Source of the DNA: Octopus bimaculoides
Lineage: Eukaryota
DNA: 64,000 nt
Reading direction: 5' to 3'
Assembly: GCF_001194135.2 (NCBI RefSeq)
Contig: NC_068983.1
Location: forward strand, 80,245,917-80,309,916
Shown here: positions 64,000 through 64,000 of the stretch, in pieces
Layout: every line of letters starts with the position of its first letter
Numbering within the stretch: the first letter of the stretch is position 1
Notes under the pieces: model-generated
What the model was told of the DNA's origin: nothing
Seen by the model: the letters and a program-made list of their open reading frames with translations, nothing else
Database searches by the model: none
Position numbers and translations under genes: made by a program

Positions 64000-64000
64000 A

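Overview
AT-rich, microsatellite- and SINE-dense animal genomic DNA with N-gaps. The repeat landscape is most consistent with an octopus genome; this is an inference. The + strand carries a TANC1/TANC2 (Drosophila rolling pebbles)-family gene. I traced 17 coding exons by hand from 5136 to 51014, all with GT-AG boundaries and continuous phase. They give 1310 aa from the ATG at 5138: a low-complexity N-terminus, a P-loop NTPase, about 11 ankyrin repeats, 3 TPRs and a short acidic tail ending in ETAL. The 5' end may lie upstream of the window. Convergently on the - strand are the last two coding exons of mitochondrial ribosomal protein S11 (58698-58633, 57550-57443), which the ORF track misses. 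They are probably followed by an intron starting right after the stop codon and a tiny non-coding last exon. Introns hold several SINE families that share modules, R4/Dong-like and RTE LINE fragments, hAT, mariner and piggyBac-like MITEs, and two long inverted repeats (10761-11032, 40353-40456). I found no CRISPR array, rRNA or true tRNA gene, and no convincing wholly new biological system. The best leads concern RNA structure and splicing, and interactions between transposable elements. Coding-exon boundaries and the two long inverted repeats are base-exact; most repeat boundaries are approximate.
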